Source: an uncultured delta proteobacterium
GTDB taxonomy: Bacteria > Myxococcota_A > Polyangia > Polyangiales > Polyangiaceae
Direction: 5' to 3'
NCBI GenBank assembly: GCA_963806225.1
Contig: CAWDXG010000004.1
Span: forward strand, 3,936,001 to 4,000,000
Length of the DNA stretch: 64,000 bases
Within the stretch, counting starts at the first letter, position 1. Each line of letters opens with the position of its first letter. The notes beneath the pieces are model-generated. The model ran no database searches, had not been told where the DNA came from, and saw nothing but the letters and a program-made list of their open reading frames with translations. Of this stretch, positions 42,646-51,883 are shown in pieces. The translations under genes and the position numbers were made by a program.

Positions 42646-43122
42646 CTAGCCTCGCTTCTTCGCTTCTTCGATCGTCGCTTCCAGGACGTCGAGCATCGCG
42701 CGATCCTTGGGACGATCGAGGTGGCGCTTGGCCTGCACGAGCCGCTCGAGCGACAGCACGCGCACGTGCACGCCGGCGACCTCGAAGCCGACACTGTGGG
42801 GCAGGAGATCTTCGTACGTCGTGTCGTCCTCGATAGTGCCGGGCAGATCCAGCGCACCCTGGCCGGTGACGAGCAGCTTGTGACCGCGACTCGCAACGTG
42901 ACCGCGCTCGGGACGGAGCCCGCGTGGGTCGTCGCGGAAGCGGGCTTCGAGCTCGCCCAGGGCGCCTGGCATGCGACTCACGTTCGCCGGCTCGAGCGAG
43001 TAGACAACGTCCACGTCGAGCGTGCGGACCGGAGCCCCCTGGAGCACGGCCGCCATGCCTCCGACGACGATGAACTCAACGTCGTGGGCGACCAGGGTCT
43101 GCAGGATCTTCGCGATGGGCAT
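42646..43122 (-). CDS. Nucleotidyltransferase-family protein (toxin-antitoxin-like)
   Basis: FIVVGGMAAVLQG...TLDVD and K...RPKD motifs. Confidence 0.82.
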   Translation of the reverse strand: MPIAKILQTLVAHDVEFIVVGGMAAVLQGAPVRTLDVDVVYSLEPANVSRMPGALGELEARFRDDPRGLRPERGHVASRGHKLLVTGQGALDLPGTIEDDTTYEDLLPHSVGFEVAGVHVRVLSLERLVQAKRHLDRPKDRAMLDVLEATIEEAKKRG

Positions 43123-43169
43123 CGTCGGTCCGACGCGCGGTCAGCTCCACGTCGATCGCGTCCTGCAGG

Positions 43170-43561
43170 GGGGACGTTACCAGGTGGAAGTGCTGCCCGG
43201 TCTCGTCGCCGCGGGCGAGTTCCTCGACATCGAGCCACCGCACCGGCTCGTCCACACCTGGGGCTGGCAGCTCGGTGAAGATGCGCCGGTCCCGCCCGGC
43301 TCGACCGTCGTCGTCTACGAGCTGTTCGATGCCGGCAAGGGAACCCGCCTCCGGCTCTCGCAACGCGACCTGCCCAATCTCGCAACGGCGGGGTCGCACT
43401 CGCGGGGTTGGAACCACTATCTCCCGCGCCTGGCAATTGCAGCAGCGGGCCAGGTCGCGGGCCCCGATCCGTGGGTTGTCGATCCCGAGCGGATGCAAAG
43501 AGAGCTCGCGCCCGCTTCCGGTCCGCCCCGGGCGCAGCAGAAGAAAGGAGCAAGCAGATGA
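43170..43561 (+). pseudogene. SRPBCC/AHSA1-domain protein, 5'-truncated
   Basis: GGRYQVEV...GEFLDIEPPHRLVHTWGW...HSRGWNHYLPRL; the N-terminal third is absent. Confidence 0.75.
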
Positions 43562-43911
43562 CCACCAGGGAAACGATCGAACACTACTTCCAGGCACTGT
43601 CGGGCAAGAGCGGATGGCAGGCGCTGCTAGCCGACGGGATGTCCTTTGCCAGCTACAGCACGCCCGCGAAACGCGTCACCGGAAAGGACGCGTACATCGA
43701 GTCCACGCACGGCTTCTATTCCATGATCGAGAGCTTCGAGGTGCGCAGCTTGATCGTCGATGGCGAGCACGCCTGCGCGCTGACGCGCTACGCGCTGAAG
43801 CCACCGGCGGGCAGTCCCTTCACCTGCGACGTGGCCGAGTACTTCGCGGTGAAGGACGACCACATCGACTCGTTCGAGATCTATTTCGACAGCGCGCCCT
43901 TCAGCACCTGA
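43558..43911 (+). CDS. SnoaL/NTF2-like protein
   Basis: AAGGAG RBS; TIEHYF...LLAD...LIVDGE...IYFDS pattern. Confidence 0.82.
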   Translation: MTTRETIEHYFQALSGKSGWQALLADGMSFASYSTPAKRVTGKDAYIESTHGFYSMIESFEVRSLIVDGEHACALTRYALKPPAGSPFTCDVAEYFAVKDDHIDSFEIYFDSAPFST

Positions 43912-43923
43912 GGCTCGAGCGCC

Positions 43924-44241
43924 GTGGCCTACGACGAGAAGCTCGCAGGCAGGATCCGCCGCATCCTCGCCGAAGAAACGGAGGACGTGACCGAGCGCCG
44001 GATGTTCGGCGGGATCTGCTTCATGGTGGGCGGCGGCATGTGCTGCGGGGTTCTGGGGCCGGACCTGATCGTGCGGGTCGGCCCCGACCGCTACGCCGCG
44101 GCGCTGGCCAAGCCCCACGCCCGCGTCTTCGACTTCAGCGGCCGCCCCTCGAAAGGCATCCTGTACGTGGGGCCCCAGGCAATCCGCACCCGCGCCGGCC
44201 TGGAACGCTGGCTGGGCGTGGGCCTGGAGCGGGCTCGCTGA
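43924..44241 (+). CDS. TfoX/Sxy N-terminal family protein
   Basis: MAYDEKLAGRIR...ERRMFGGICFMVGG. Confidence 0.88.
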   Translation: MAYDEKLAGRIRRILAEETEDVTERRMFGGICFMVGGGMCCGVLGPDLIVRVGPDRYAAALAKPHARVFDFSGRPSKGILYVGPQAIRTRAGLERWLGVGLERAR

Positions 44242-44258
44242 ACCTGACGCGCGGCGGC

Positions 44259-44284
44259 GTGAACGGACCGGGCCCGGCGGTGTG
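44259..44284. repeat. Degenerate remnant related to 45010-45036 and 46899-46923
   Basis: gtgaacggaccgggcccggcggtgtg versus gtgaacggacccgggctcggcagcgtg. Confidence 0.5.
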
Positions 44285-44329
44285 AGCAGCCACGCGCACC
44301 TTCGCTCGAGGAACTGTGCCCCCCCGGAG

Positions 44330-44989
44330 CTATTCCGGCGCGACGAGGTGCGACACCAGTGCGACGATGCCGCGCGCGGCAGCTGGGGGCGGGTAGGGTG
44401 AAAGCGAGTCCAGTTTGGCCGCCTGTCGCTGGTGCACGACCTCGAGCACCCGCCCGAGCTCCGCGCGGTCGAACCAGGTGCCGTGGTTGGCGCAGAAGTC
44501 GACAACGATGCCGGCACGAGCGAGAGGAACGCGCTGGAGCGAAAAGTGGCACACCGGGCAGGCGGCAGTGCGCGATGTGTCCGCCCGGAACACGGCGTGC
44601 TCGGCGGCGCGCCCCGCGAGCTCCTCGATGCGCTTGTCCACGCGCCCCATCGCCAGAGGGATCGACTTCGAGTCGACCCAGATCCCGCCGCACTCGCCGC
44701 AACCCGCGAGCTCGACGCTGTCGACCCGGATCTCGTAGAGCAGCTGCGGACAGCGCGGGCAAGGAAGCGTCGTCGCGTGCCCTTCTTCGCTGGCTTTCGC
44801 CGGCGAAGGCGACGCCGCAACCGCCGGGGACGCCACCTGGACGTTCTTGAACACGATGACGCGCTGGGGCGCGGGCTCGGGCTCGCTGGCAAAACCACAG
44901 AACCTGCAGGTCACGAGTTCGTGCGCCGCCGCGGCAGGCAACGGACCACCACACTTGGGACAGACCAGAACGCGCCGCGGGGCCTCCAT
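44330..44989 (-). CDS. Zn-ribbon protein with two zf-TFIIB-like domains
   Basis: ATG at 44989; CPKC/CRFC, CPRC...CGECGGIWVD and CPVC...CANHGTWFDRAEL motifs. Confidence 0.85.
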   Translation of the reverse strand: MEAPRRVLVCPKCGGPLPAAAAHELVTCRFCGFASEPEPAPQRVIVFKNVQVASPAVAASPSPAKASEEGHATTLPCPRCPQLLYEIRVDSVELAGCGECGGIWVDSKSIPLAMGRVDKRIEELAGRAAEHAVFRADTSRTAACPVCHFSLQRVPLARAGIVVDFCANHGTWFDRAELGRVLEVVHQRQAAKLDSLSPYPPPAAARGIVALVSHLVAPE

Positions 44990-45011
44990 GCGGCGATCAT
45001 ACCCCATTAGT

Positions 45012-45071
45012 GAACGGACCCGGGCTCGGCAGCGTGCCGCCGATGAGCGAGACGAATCGCGACTTGATGCC
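45012..45071. repeat. 60-bp remnant copy of the transglycosylase-like gene 3' region
   Basis: 58 of 60 bases identical to 46899-46958. Confidence 0.92.
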
Positions 45072-45122
45072 GGTTCGTGAGATGGCTGTGAGACCCCGCG
45101 ACCGCCGGCGACTCGCCTGTGC

Positions 45123-45815
45123 TCAGCGGAGTCTGATCTGCGAGCCGAGATCGAGCAGCAGGCGCAGCACGGCCCACGCCCCGTCTTCGCGCTTCGGCGG
45201 GTGCGGCGCGAGCTGTACGCCTGGCGCATCGACAATGCGGTCGAGCAGCGCTACCGGCGCGGGCTCGACGGGCGGCGCGGGCTGCAGCGCGGCGAAGCGG
45301 CAGGTCTGGTCGTTCCGTATCACCATCGCGTAGCCGAGCTCGTAGTGCTGCTCGGGCTGTTGCTCCGGCGCGAAGTAGTCGACCAGGAGATGCCCCGATC
45401 GCATGTGCGCCTTCGCCTCGATCGTCTTCGTCGGCATGTCCGGCGCGACCAGCTTCACGAGCTCGGCCCAGTCGTCGAAGAACTGGTCCACGGGCTTGCC
45501 CCTGGCGGAAGCCTTCACGAGCAGAGCGCGTGCGTTCGCCCCCTTGCCAACGAGGACCTGCACCTCGTACCGACCCACGCGACGCACCTGCCCGGCAAGG
45601 TCCGCGGGCAGCGCCAGGTTCGTTCCCGTCGGACACCGGATCTCGCCGCTCGCCCGGTCCCACTCGATCCCGTCCGGCGCAAGCCGGGCAGCCGCCGCGC
45701 CCGACCCCGTCGCAGTCCCTACCGGAGCCGGCGACGACGCCGACCGCTGCTGCCCCGGCGCTGCGCAAGCAGCCACCAGCGCGAGGCAAGCACCCAGGAC
45801 AAGGCAGAAGCGCAT
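45123..45815 (-). CDS. Hypothetical lipoprotein
   Basis: LVAAC lipobox; coding-like composition. Confidence 0.65.
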   Translation of the reverse strand: MRFCLVLGACLALVAACAAPGQQRSASSPAPVGTATGSGAAAARLAPDGIEWDRASGEIRCPTGTNLALPADLAGQVRRVGRYEVQVLVGKGANARALLVKASARGKPVDQFFDDWAELVKLVAPDMPTKTIEAKAHMRSGHLLVDYFAPEQQPEQHYELGYAMVIRNDQTCRFAALQPAPPVEPAPVALLDRIVDAPGVQLAPHPPKREDGAWAVLRLLLDLGSQIRLR

Positions 45816-46003
45816 GGCGCTACTCTAGCTCCGCGATCGCGACGGACCAGCGACCGACGTCGCGGCAGCGGGTCGGCGCTGCGTGATCTTCTGTGGAATC
45901 GGCTTCCCCCGGACAGCGTTGCCCCCGTATGCGCACGCTTCGTGGAGCGAGGGGCGGCAGAGCGCTTTGCGGCCGCAAGTCTGTGAGAGCGGGAGGTCCG
46001 GCG

Positions 46004-46459
46004 ATGAGACGCTTTTTCACATGGTCCGGCCTGCTGCTGCTCGCGGCCCTGGCGTGGATCAGCGTGGGCTTTCTCGGTGGCCTGTTCCAGTTCGATCTGT
46101 GGCCAGCCGATCACACGTGCGACGGCGATCGACCTTGCAGGATCGGCCAGTGTACCCAGCTTCGCGCAACGGTTCCTTCGCCCGACCACAGGCGCAGCGC
46201 GCTCGTCTTTCTCACGACGGGAGGCGGCGCCACCGTCGCCGACGGAGCGCAGGTGTGCATCGAGGAGGATGGCCGCCGCCGGAAAGTCGCCGTCGGCTAC
46301 CGAAGCGATGGGGTGAGCGCAGCGTGGGTTTCGCCAACGCTGCTGCGCATCGACGCACTCTCGACCGGCGCCCCCTCGCACACCGTCGACGTGACCGGCT
46401 CCACGGTGATCTGCGAGCCAACTGGCTTCCGCCCGCACGACCGCCGCGCCGCGCACTGA
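46004..46459 (+). CDS. Hypothetical exported or membrane-anchored protein
   Basis: GGAGG upstream of the ATG at 46004; N-terminal hydrophobic helix. Confidence 0.6.
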   Translation: MRRFFTWSGLLLLAALAWISVGFLGGLFQFDLWPADHTCDGDRPCRIGQCTQLRATVPSPDHRRSALVFLTTGGGATVADGAQVCIEEDGRRRKVAVGYRSDGVSAAWVSPTLLRIDALSTGAPSHTVDVTGSTVICEPTGFRPHDRRAAH

Positions 46460-46669
46460 GCGCGCCGCCAAGCAGCGACATGACGCTGCGTGCTATCGCC
46501 CCCGGGCCACTCACGGCGCGAGCGTGGGCGGCGCCTTGCTGCCGTCGAGCGGGAACCAGCGGAGCACGCTGCGCGGACGCTGGGCGAGGCTCTCTTCCAC
46601 GGCAAACCCCTGCCAGCGCACACCGCCCGGGCCGTCCATGGTGTCGCCGTTCTCGATGACACACCGGGT

Positions 46670-46800
46670 CGCCCCATCCAGCCGTCGGATCCCTCCCGCA
46701 CCCCCGCAACGCCGAACGCCTCCAGCGAGCGCGCCAGAGCCTCCACATCGACCGCACGCTCGAGCAACACGACCGCCCCCTGGGTGAACATGCCCTTCAT
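46670..46800 (-). pseudogene. N-terminal fragment of a conserved hypothetical gene (possibly DUF4261-like)
   Basis: MKGMFTQGAVVLLERAV...GWMG, after which protein-like sequence is lost. Confidence 0.35.
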
Positions 46801-46856
46801 GGCGAAGGCGAGCCTACCATCGCCGGGAACCGCGCAGCGCGGAGCGGCGCCCCGCC

Positions 46857-47891
46857 CTACTTGCAGTACTTCGAAACTTCCGGCACCAGCGTCACCCCGA
46901 ACGGATCCGGGCTCGGCAGCGTGCCGCCGATGAGCGAGACGAAGCGCGACTTGATGCCCGTGACGTAGGAGTTCGTGGCGTCGGGCGGGCGCGGGAAGCC
47001 CGGGCCCTCCAGGTGCGAGAGCAGCCCGATCACCATGTCGCCCGCGATGCCCTGCCCCTGGCAGTACTGGTACGTGTAGATCGGAGTCTGCCCGCCGTTC
47101 CCCGTCGCGTTCTCGAAGTAGTACCAGGTCCCGAGCGCGATGTTGCAGCCCGGCGTCTGCATCCAGCTCGTGTACGTCGTCCCCCCCGCCGTCGCCCAGA
47201 ACACCGCGTCGTTCGCGTGCCCCGGCAGCTCCTTCGGCCACGCGCAGCCGATCGCCGCCATCTTCGAAAGCGGCCCGTAGTAGTTGAAATCGTTCACCGT
47301 CGAGCTGAACCGGATCTGCAGAAGCCCCACCGTCGGATCATTCGCCTTCGTCCCGTTCACATCCCGCGTCCCATACGAATCCAGGTTCACCGACGTCGGG
47401 TTGTACGAGCTCTCCGCCACAATCGCCGACGTCACCACCGCCTCGCAGTACTCGAGCCAGTTCGTTTCCTTCGGAGCGAAGGCAGCGCAGCTCGCGGCGA
47501 TCGAGCACGCGAGATTGTCGAACTTCGCCTTCGTGCCGAAGTACTTCTGGATGTTCGTGTAGGCGTAGTCCGGAAGACCGCTGGTCTTGTCGGTGAGCCA
47601 CGTCGAGACGCGGGTGATTTCCGTCTGCGTGGCGGCGGTGCAGGTGGGACCAGTGCCGCCTGTGCCCGCAGCGCCTCCACTGGACGTGCCGCCGGTTGAT
47701 GTGCCGGCTGTGCCGCCTGTTCCGCTACCGCTTGAGCCACCGGTTGAGGCGCCTCCGCTGCCGCCTGTGGACGCGCCAGCTGTACCGCCGGTGCCGGGCT
47801 TCGAGTTGCTGGTGTTGTTGCTGCTCGAACAGGCGGAGAGAAGGAGGGTCAGGGCGAGCAGAGCGGTTCGATGGTGGGTTGGTGGGAGCAT
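46857..47891 (-). CDS. Lipoprotein with a lytic-transglycosylase (SLT/lysozyme-like) domain
   Basis: ATG at 47891; LSAC lipobox, Gly/Ser/Thr linker, AIVAESSYNP, VGLLQI and NIALGTWY motifs. Confidence 0.7.
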   Translation of the reverse strand: MLPPTHHRTALLALTLLLSACSSSNNTSNSKPGTGGTAGASTGGSGGASTGGSSGSGTGGTAGTSTGGTSSGGAAGTGGTGPTCTAATQTEITRVSTWLTDKTSGLPDYAYTNIQKYFGTKAKFDNLACSIAASCAAFAPKETNWLEYCEAVVTSAIVAESSYNPTSVNLDSYGTRDVNGTKANDPTVGLLQIRFSSTVNDFNYYGPLSKMAAIGCAWPKELPGHANDAVFWATAGGTTYTSWMQTPGCNIALGTWYYFENATGNGGQTPIYTYQYCQGQGIAGDMVIGLLSHLEGPGFPRPPDATNSYVTGIKSRFVSLIGGTLPSPDPFGVTLVPEVSKYCK

Positions 47892-47996
47892 GGGCGGTGG
47901 CTTGGCGCGGAAACGACATGACCAGTGTAGCTCGGCAGCGGGCGCAGCCGAATGGTCGATTTCTCGCACAGAGAGGCACACCGATGCCGCGGCGTC

Positions 47997-48148
47997 GGGA
48001 CCTCTCGCGCATTCGCAGCCCGGCGCGCCGTAACGCGCGCGCTGCGCCGGCCGGGCGAGCATGCGCTTGAGGAACCCCGCCCGCGCGCAGCGGAGCGAGC
48101 ACGGACGGGCGCTCGAACGCCGCGCTCTTGTGGGGGAGCATCCCTGGT
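47997..48148 (+). repeat. ~150-bp dispersed structured element, copy A (full length)
   Basis: gggacctctcgcgca...gggggagcatccctggt; aligns end to end with 56383-56533. Confidence 0.92.
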
Positions 48149-48728
48149 GAGCGTGGCGCACCTCGACGACGAGGAGCGCGCGCTCGTGCTGGGCGTCATC
48201 TTCGAGGAGCTGCTGGCCTGGACGCGCGGCCTCTCGGGCAGCCAGCGCCTGCGTGCGCTCGTGCTGTTCGACGAGGTCTACGGCTTCCTCCCGCCCTATC
48301 CCGCCAATCCGCCCACCAAGAAGCCCATCGTTTCGTTGATGAAGCAGGCGAGGGCATTCGGAGTGGGCGTCGTGCTGGCGACGCAGAACCCGATGGATCT
48401 CGACTACCGCGCGCTGGGCAATGCCGGGGTGTGGTGCTTGGGGCGCCTTCAAACGAACGCGGATCGAGCGCGCGTGATCGAGGGCATGGCCCAGAGCGGC
48501 GCGCCGGCACGCGAGCTCGACGACCTGGTGCAGCGGCTGGCGCCGAGGTGGTTCGTGATGCGCGACGTGCACGACGGCGGCGCGATCCGGTTCCTGCAAC
48601 CGCGCTGGGCGATGTCGTGGATGCGCGGACCGATGACGCGGGGGGAATTGCGGAGGGCTCGAGCGAGCTGGGAACAGCGCAGGGACAACGACGGCCGCAA
48701 CGACGGCGGCGGCGAGAAGGCCGCGTGA
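48147..48728 (+). pseudogene. C-terminal fragment of a HerA/DUF87-like P-loop ATPase
   Basis: Walker B LFDEVYG and KQARAFGVGVVLATQNPMDLDY are present; no Walker A. Starts exactly at the end of repeat copy A. Confidence 0.8.
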
Positions 48729-48943
48729 CCGTCCTCTCCGGCGCCGAGTGCGTGAAGGCCCTGCGCCGCGTCGGCTACACCAAGCTCCGCCAGCGCGGCA
48801 GCCACGTCCGCATGCACTGCCCCGGCCGCCGTCCGGTCACCGTGCCACTCCATGGCACGGTGCCGCGTGGAACATTGCGGTCCATCTTGCGGCTCGCTGG
48901 CGTCGCGCCGGGGGAGCTTGTTGGTTCGGCGCGGGTAGCGTGA
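48725..48943 (+). CDS. hicA: HicA-family toxin
   Basis: LSGAECVKAL...RQRGSHVRM...VTVPLH...GTLRSIL. Confidence 0.85.
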   Translation: MTVLSGAECVKALRRVGYTKLRQRGSHVRMHCPGRRPVTVPLHGTVPRGTLRSILRLAGVAPGELVGSARVA

Positions 48944-49037
48944 AGTGGCGCAAGCACACACGCGGGCCGGGCAAGCACGGAAGGCGTGAACAGCGACATA
49001 GGAAGCGCCCGCGGGCGAAGGGCGCGAGATTGGAGCG

Positions 49038-49814
49038 TCACCTCGCCGGTGTGCAGGCGGGCCCCTGGTGGCCGGCGGCGTGATAGACGAACGTGAGCGG
49101 CAGGTCGATGACGGCGCTGCCTCCCTCGGGCGGCGCGAAGCGGGCCGCGGCGGCGCGCATGTGGACACACTCGGTCGTGCTTCGGAGATATCCGCTCGGC
49201 ACTGCCTTCACGGAAGTGTCCGAGCCGACGTGGATCGTGAGCTTGACCGAACCTTCGGCGTGCGGGTTCGTCGCCAGGTCCGCGTTGTAGCAGCGGCGGA
49301 AGTCGGAGCGCATTCCTTCGACAACCCGCGCAGCGTTGGACACGGTACCCGACGCGGCGCTGCTGGTGGGATTGTACGAACGCGGTGGCGGAACGGCGAG
49401 CGTGACGTGTCGGTCGGCAGCCAGCGTGCCGGCGAGCGTGATGGCACTCTGCACCGGCAGGTCGGCTTCGGGGCCCAGGTACAGCGCCGAGCCTGCCGGA
49501 GCGAGCGCGTCGACGCAGCGCTTCAGCCCTGCGAAGTCCAGGCCACGCGGCGTCGCCGGCTGGTCGGCAGCACCGGCGGCAGGCTCGTTCTCTCCAGGGC
49601 AGCGCGGGCCAACCCCCAAATGGGGCCCCCGCAGATGGAAGCCGTCGCGGCGCGCGATGACTGCGAGCTGCCAGCGCTGGCGCAACGACAGAAGGATACC
49701 CGTGGGAGTCGACGTGGACGGGACGGGCAAGCGCGTCGCGACGTAGAGCTGCGTGTAGCCGATCTCCGAGAGCGTCGAGAGCGCCTCGTGGAGCAGTCGA
49801 TAGGGCAGCTTCGG
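49038..49814 (-). pseudogene. 5'-truncated gene with an AgmX/PglI (TonB-C-like) C-terminal domain
   Basis: FRRCYNADLATNPHAEGSVKL...FAPPEGG...LPLTF; no credible start before the remnant at 49815. Confidence 0.6.
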
Positions 49815-49844
49815 GACGGCGGCGCGATGAGGTTCCTGCAACCG
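49815..49844. repeat. Remnant of the ATPase 3' region
   Basis: 28 of 30 bases identical to 48573-48602. Confidence 0.8.
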
Positions 49845-49908
49845 GCACTGAGGCCGCGAGCGTCGAACTCCCTGGCAGGTCCGGAACGAAAGCAGTACCC
49901 TTGCGTGC

Positions 49909-50133
49909 ATGGCGACGCGTGATTTTCCCGTTGTGCTCGTCCCTGGCGAGGACGGCTGGATCGTCGCAGAGTGCCCGGTGATTCCCGGCTGCATCAGTCA
50001 AGGGCACACGCGCGACGAAGCCCTCGCCAACATCAAAGAAGCGATCCAACTCTGCCTCGAGACCCAGGCCGAAGAAGGCTGGAATCTGCCGGGCGAGTAC
50101 GGGGTCGTGGACGTGCAGGTGCGCGTGCGCTGA
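49909..50133 (+). CDS. hicB: HicB-family antitoxin
   Basis: EDGWIVAECPVIPGCISQGHTRDEALANIKEAI. Confidence 0.92.
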   Translation: MATRDFPVVLVPGEDGWIVAECPVIPGCISQGHTRDEALANIKEAIQLCLETQAEEGWNLPGEYGVVDVQVRVR

Positions 50134-50141
50134 CAGCGCCG

Positions 50142-51515
50142 TCAGTGCGTCGGCTTGGTTTTCGGCGTCGGACGGAACTGGACCTGCACGGTCGCGTAGG
50201 CGGTACTCTCGGGCACCGCAGGGCACGGCGCCTGGGACATGAGGAACGCGGCGCGCAGGCACTGCAGCTCGGCGGGGGTCGCCGGCGGGCCCTTGGCCGC
50301 GTCGAAGTGCACGCTGGTCGCTTGACCGCCGGAATCGAAGCTCACCTGCACGGCGAACGCGCGCTTCGCGGCGCCGTGCGCGTTGGCGTAGCAGCGCGCG
50401 ACCAGCGAGGCGTCGGGGCGAGACCAGTCGCGGATGCTGGGGTCGCTGGTCTGGACTAGAAAGACTGGCTTCCCGTCGCGGTCGCGCGACGCTTTGCGGC
50501 GAGCGCCCACCGTCGCGTCGACAATGTAGCCGCCCGGGCTGACCGTCTCGGCGGCGCGGAAGCGGATGTCGGCGCGGAAGCGCCGGCCGCGCATCGAGGC
50601 GGGCAGCCGCGCGTCTGCGGCGAGCACCCGGCAGGCACACGACGCCCGCGGTCCTTCGTCCTCCCGCTCGCAGTGGGACACCCGACCGTCCCCGCTCACC
50701 GTGAACAGCACCGGCGCGGTGGCGCTCCCGGCGCCGAAGCAGGCGCGCAGCTTCGCGGTGCCACCTTCCAGCACGTCGGCGAGATGCACGCCGTCGCCGG
50801 GCGTCCTGGCGCCAGCGGGAACGAGCAAGCCCGCGACCCCGGCGAGCAATGGGTCCCAGCCGAGCCGCTCGGGAAGCGGGGCGCGCGGGGCTTGCGAGCC
50901 CAGGGAGCCAAGGCCGAGAAGATCGGACGCACCCGGGCCCTCGGGCGGCGGGGGCGCGAGGTGGGCGATGGCTGCGGCCAGGGCACGCCGTTCCGGCGCC
51001 TGCGGATTGTAGGGCGCGTCGAACTCCGCGAGCCGCTTGCCGTCGAGGAAGTCGACGCGGTCGAGGACGAGGACCGACAGCGTGCAGCCCTTCTTGTCGC
51101 AGGTGACGCCCGGCGCGATGAGCCCGTTCGCTCCGAGGAGGCGCTGCCAGCGGACGACGGTCTCGAAGTCCAGCATGGGTTTTCCACATGCAGCGCCCGT
51201 CGCCGCCGATCGTCCCGCCCTCGCCCGCGAGAGCACCTGCCAGGTTTTCGCCGGGTCGACGACCCGGAGGCCGCGCCCGCGCGCCCAGGCAGCGATCGAC
51301 TGGAGGCTCGCTTTCTCCCCGGCCGCGTAGAGCCCGAGACCCTCCACCGGCTCGACGACGAAGACCCGCCCGCCCGCGAACGCGGCGCTCGGCGACGTCG
51401 CGGCTGGCTTCGTCGGGGCGGCTGGCTTCGTCGGGGCGGCTGGCTTCGGCGGGGCGGCGCACGAGAGCAGGAAGACAGCGGCAAGGCTTGCGAGGACGGG
51501 GGGCCGGCACTTCAT
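50142..51515 (-). CDS. Hypothetical lipoprotein, possibly with TonB-C-like domains
   Basis: ATG at 51515; LLSC lipobox, (PTKPAA) linker, LRACF and VARCY segments. Confidence 0.65.
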   Translation of the reverse strand: MKCRPPVLASLAAVFLLSCAAPPKPAAPTKPAAPTKPAATSPSAAFAGGRVFVVEPVEGLGLYAAGEKASLQSIAAWARGRGLRVVDPAKTWQVLSRARAGRSAATGAACGKPMLDFETVVRWQRLLGANGLIAPGVTCDKKGCTLSVLVLDRVDFLDGKRLAEFDAPYNPQAPERRALAAAIAHLAPPPPEGPGASDLLGLGSLGSQAPRAPLPERLGWDPLLAGVAGLLVPAGARTPGDGVHLADVLEGGTAKLRACFGAGSATAPVLFTVSGDGRVSHCEREDEGPRASCACRVLAADARLPASMRGRRFRADIRFRAAETVSPGGYIVDATVGARRKASRDRDGKPVFLVQTSDPSIRDWSRPDASLVARCYANAHGAAKRAFAVQVSFDSGGQATSVHFDAAKGPPATPAELQCLRAAFLMSQAPCPAVPESTAYATVQVQFRPTPKTKPTH

Positions 51516-51747
51516 CGGCGCGCACTCTACGCCGTCGGCGCACCGCACGGAAACCGCCGCGCACCGGCAAGGAAATCCGCATCCTGCCCCGTGGCAAGCA
51601 CCGTCGAGTAGCCGGGAGCGTCGCCCCTCGTCACGGTGCCCTGGGGAGGCTGCCCGCCACAGGACGCCAGAAGCACAAGACACAGCGAAGCGAGAACGCG
51701 CTTCGACATGGTATCGAGAGTCGCATGCTGCGGTGCGGGCGCCGCTT

Positions 51748-51865
51748 GGGACCTTTCGCGCACGCGCAGCCCGGCGAGCCGTCGTGCGTGCGCTGCGCCG
51801 GCCGGGGGAGCATCCCTGGTGCACGGCGGCGGCGCGATCAAGTTCCTGCAACCGCGCTGGGCGAT
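51748..51865 (+). repeat. Element copy B (internally deleted, 51748-51820) fused to an ATPase 3' remnant (51819-51865)
   Basis: The element's left part joins its right end at gg.gagcat; the next 47 bp are 44/47 identical to 48567-48613. Confidence 0.88.
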
Positions 51866-51883
51866 CACGCTATCTCACGGCGT

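Noticed and set aside
48454..48460. Third Asp->Asn change (LQTNADR) in the ATPase fragment
   Set aside because: Different sequence context and inside a pseudogene, so it was not counted with the motif-linked cases.
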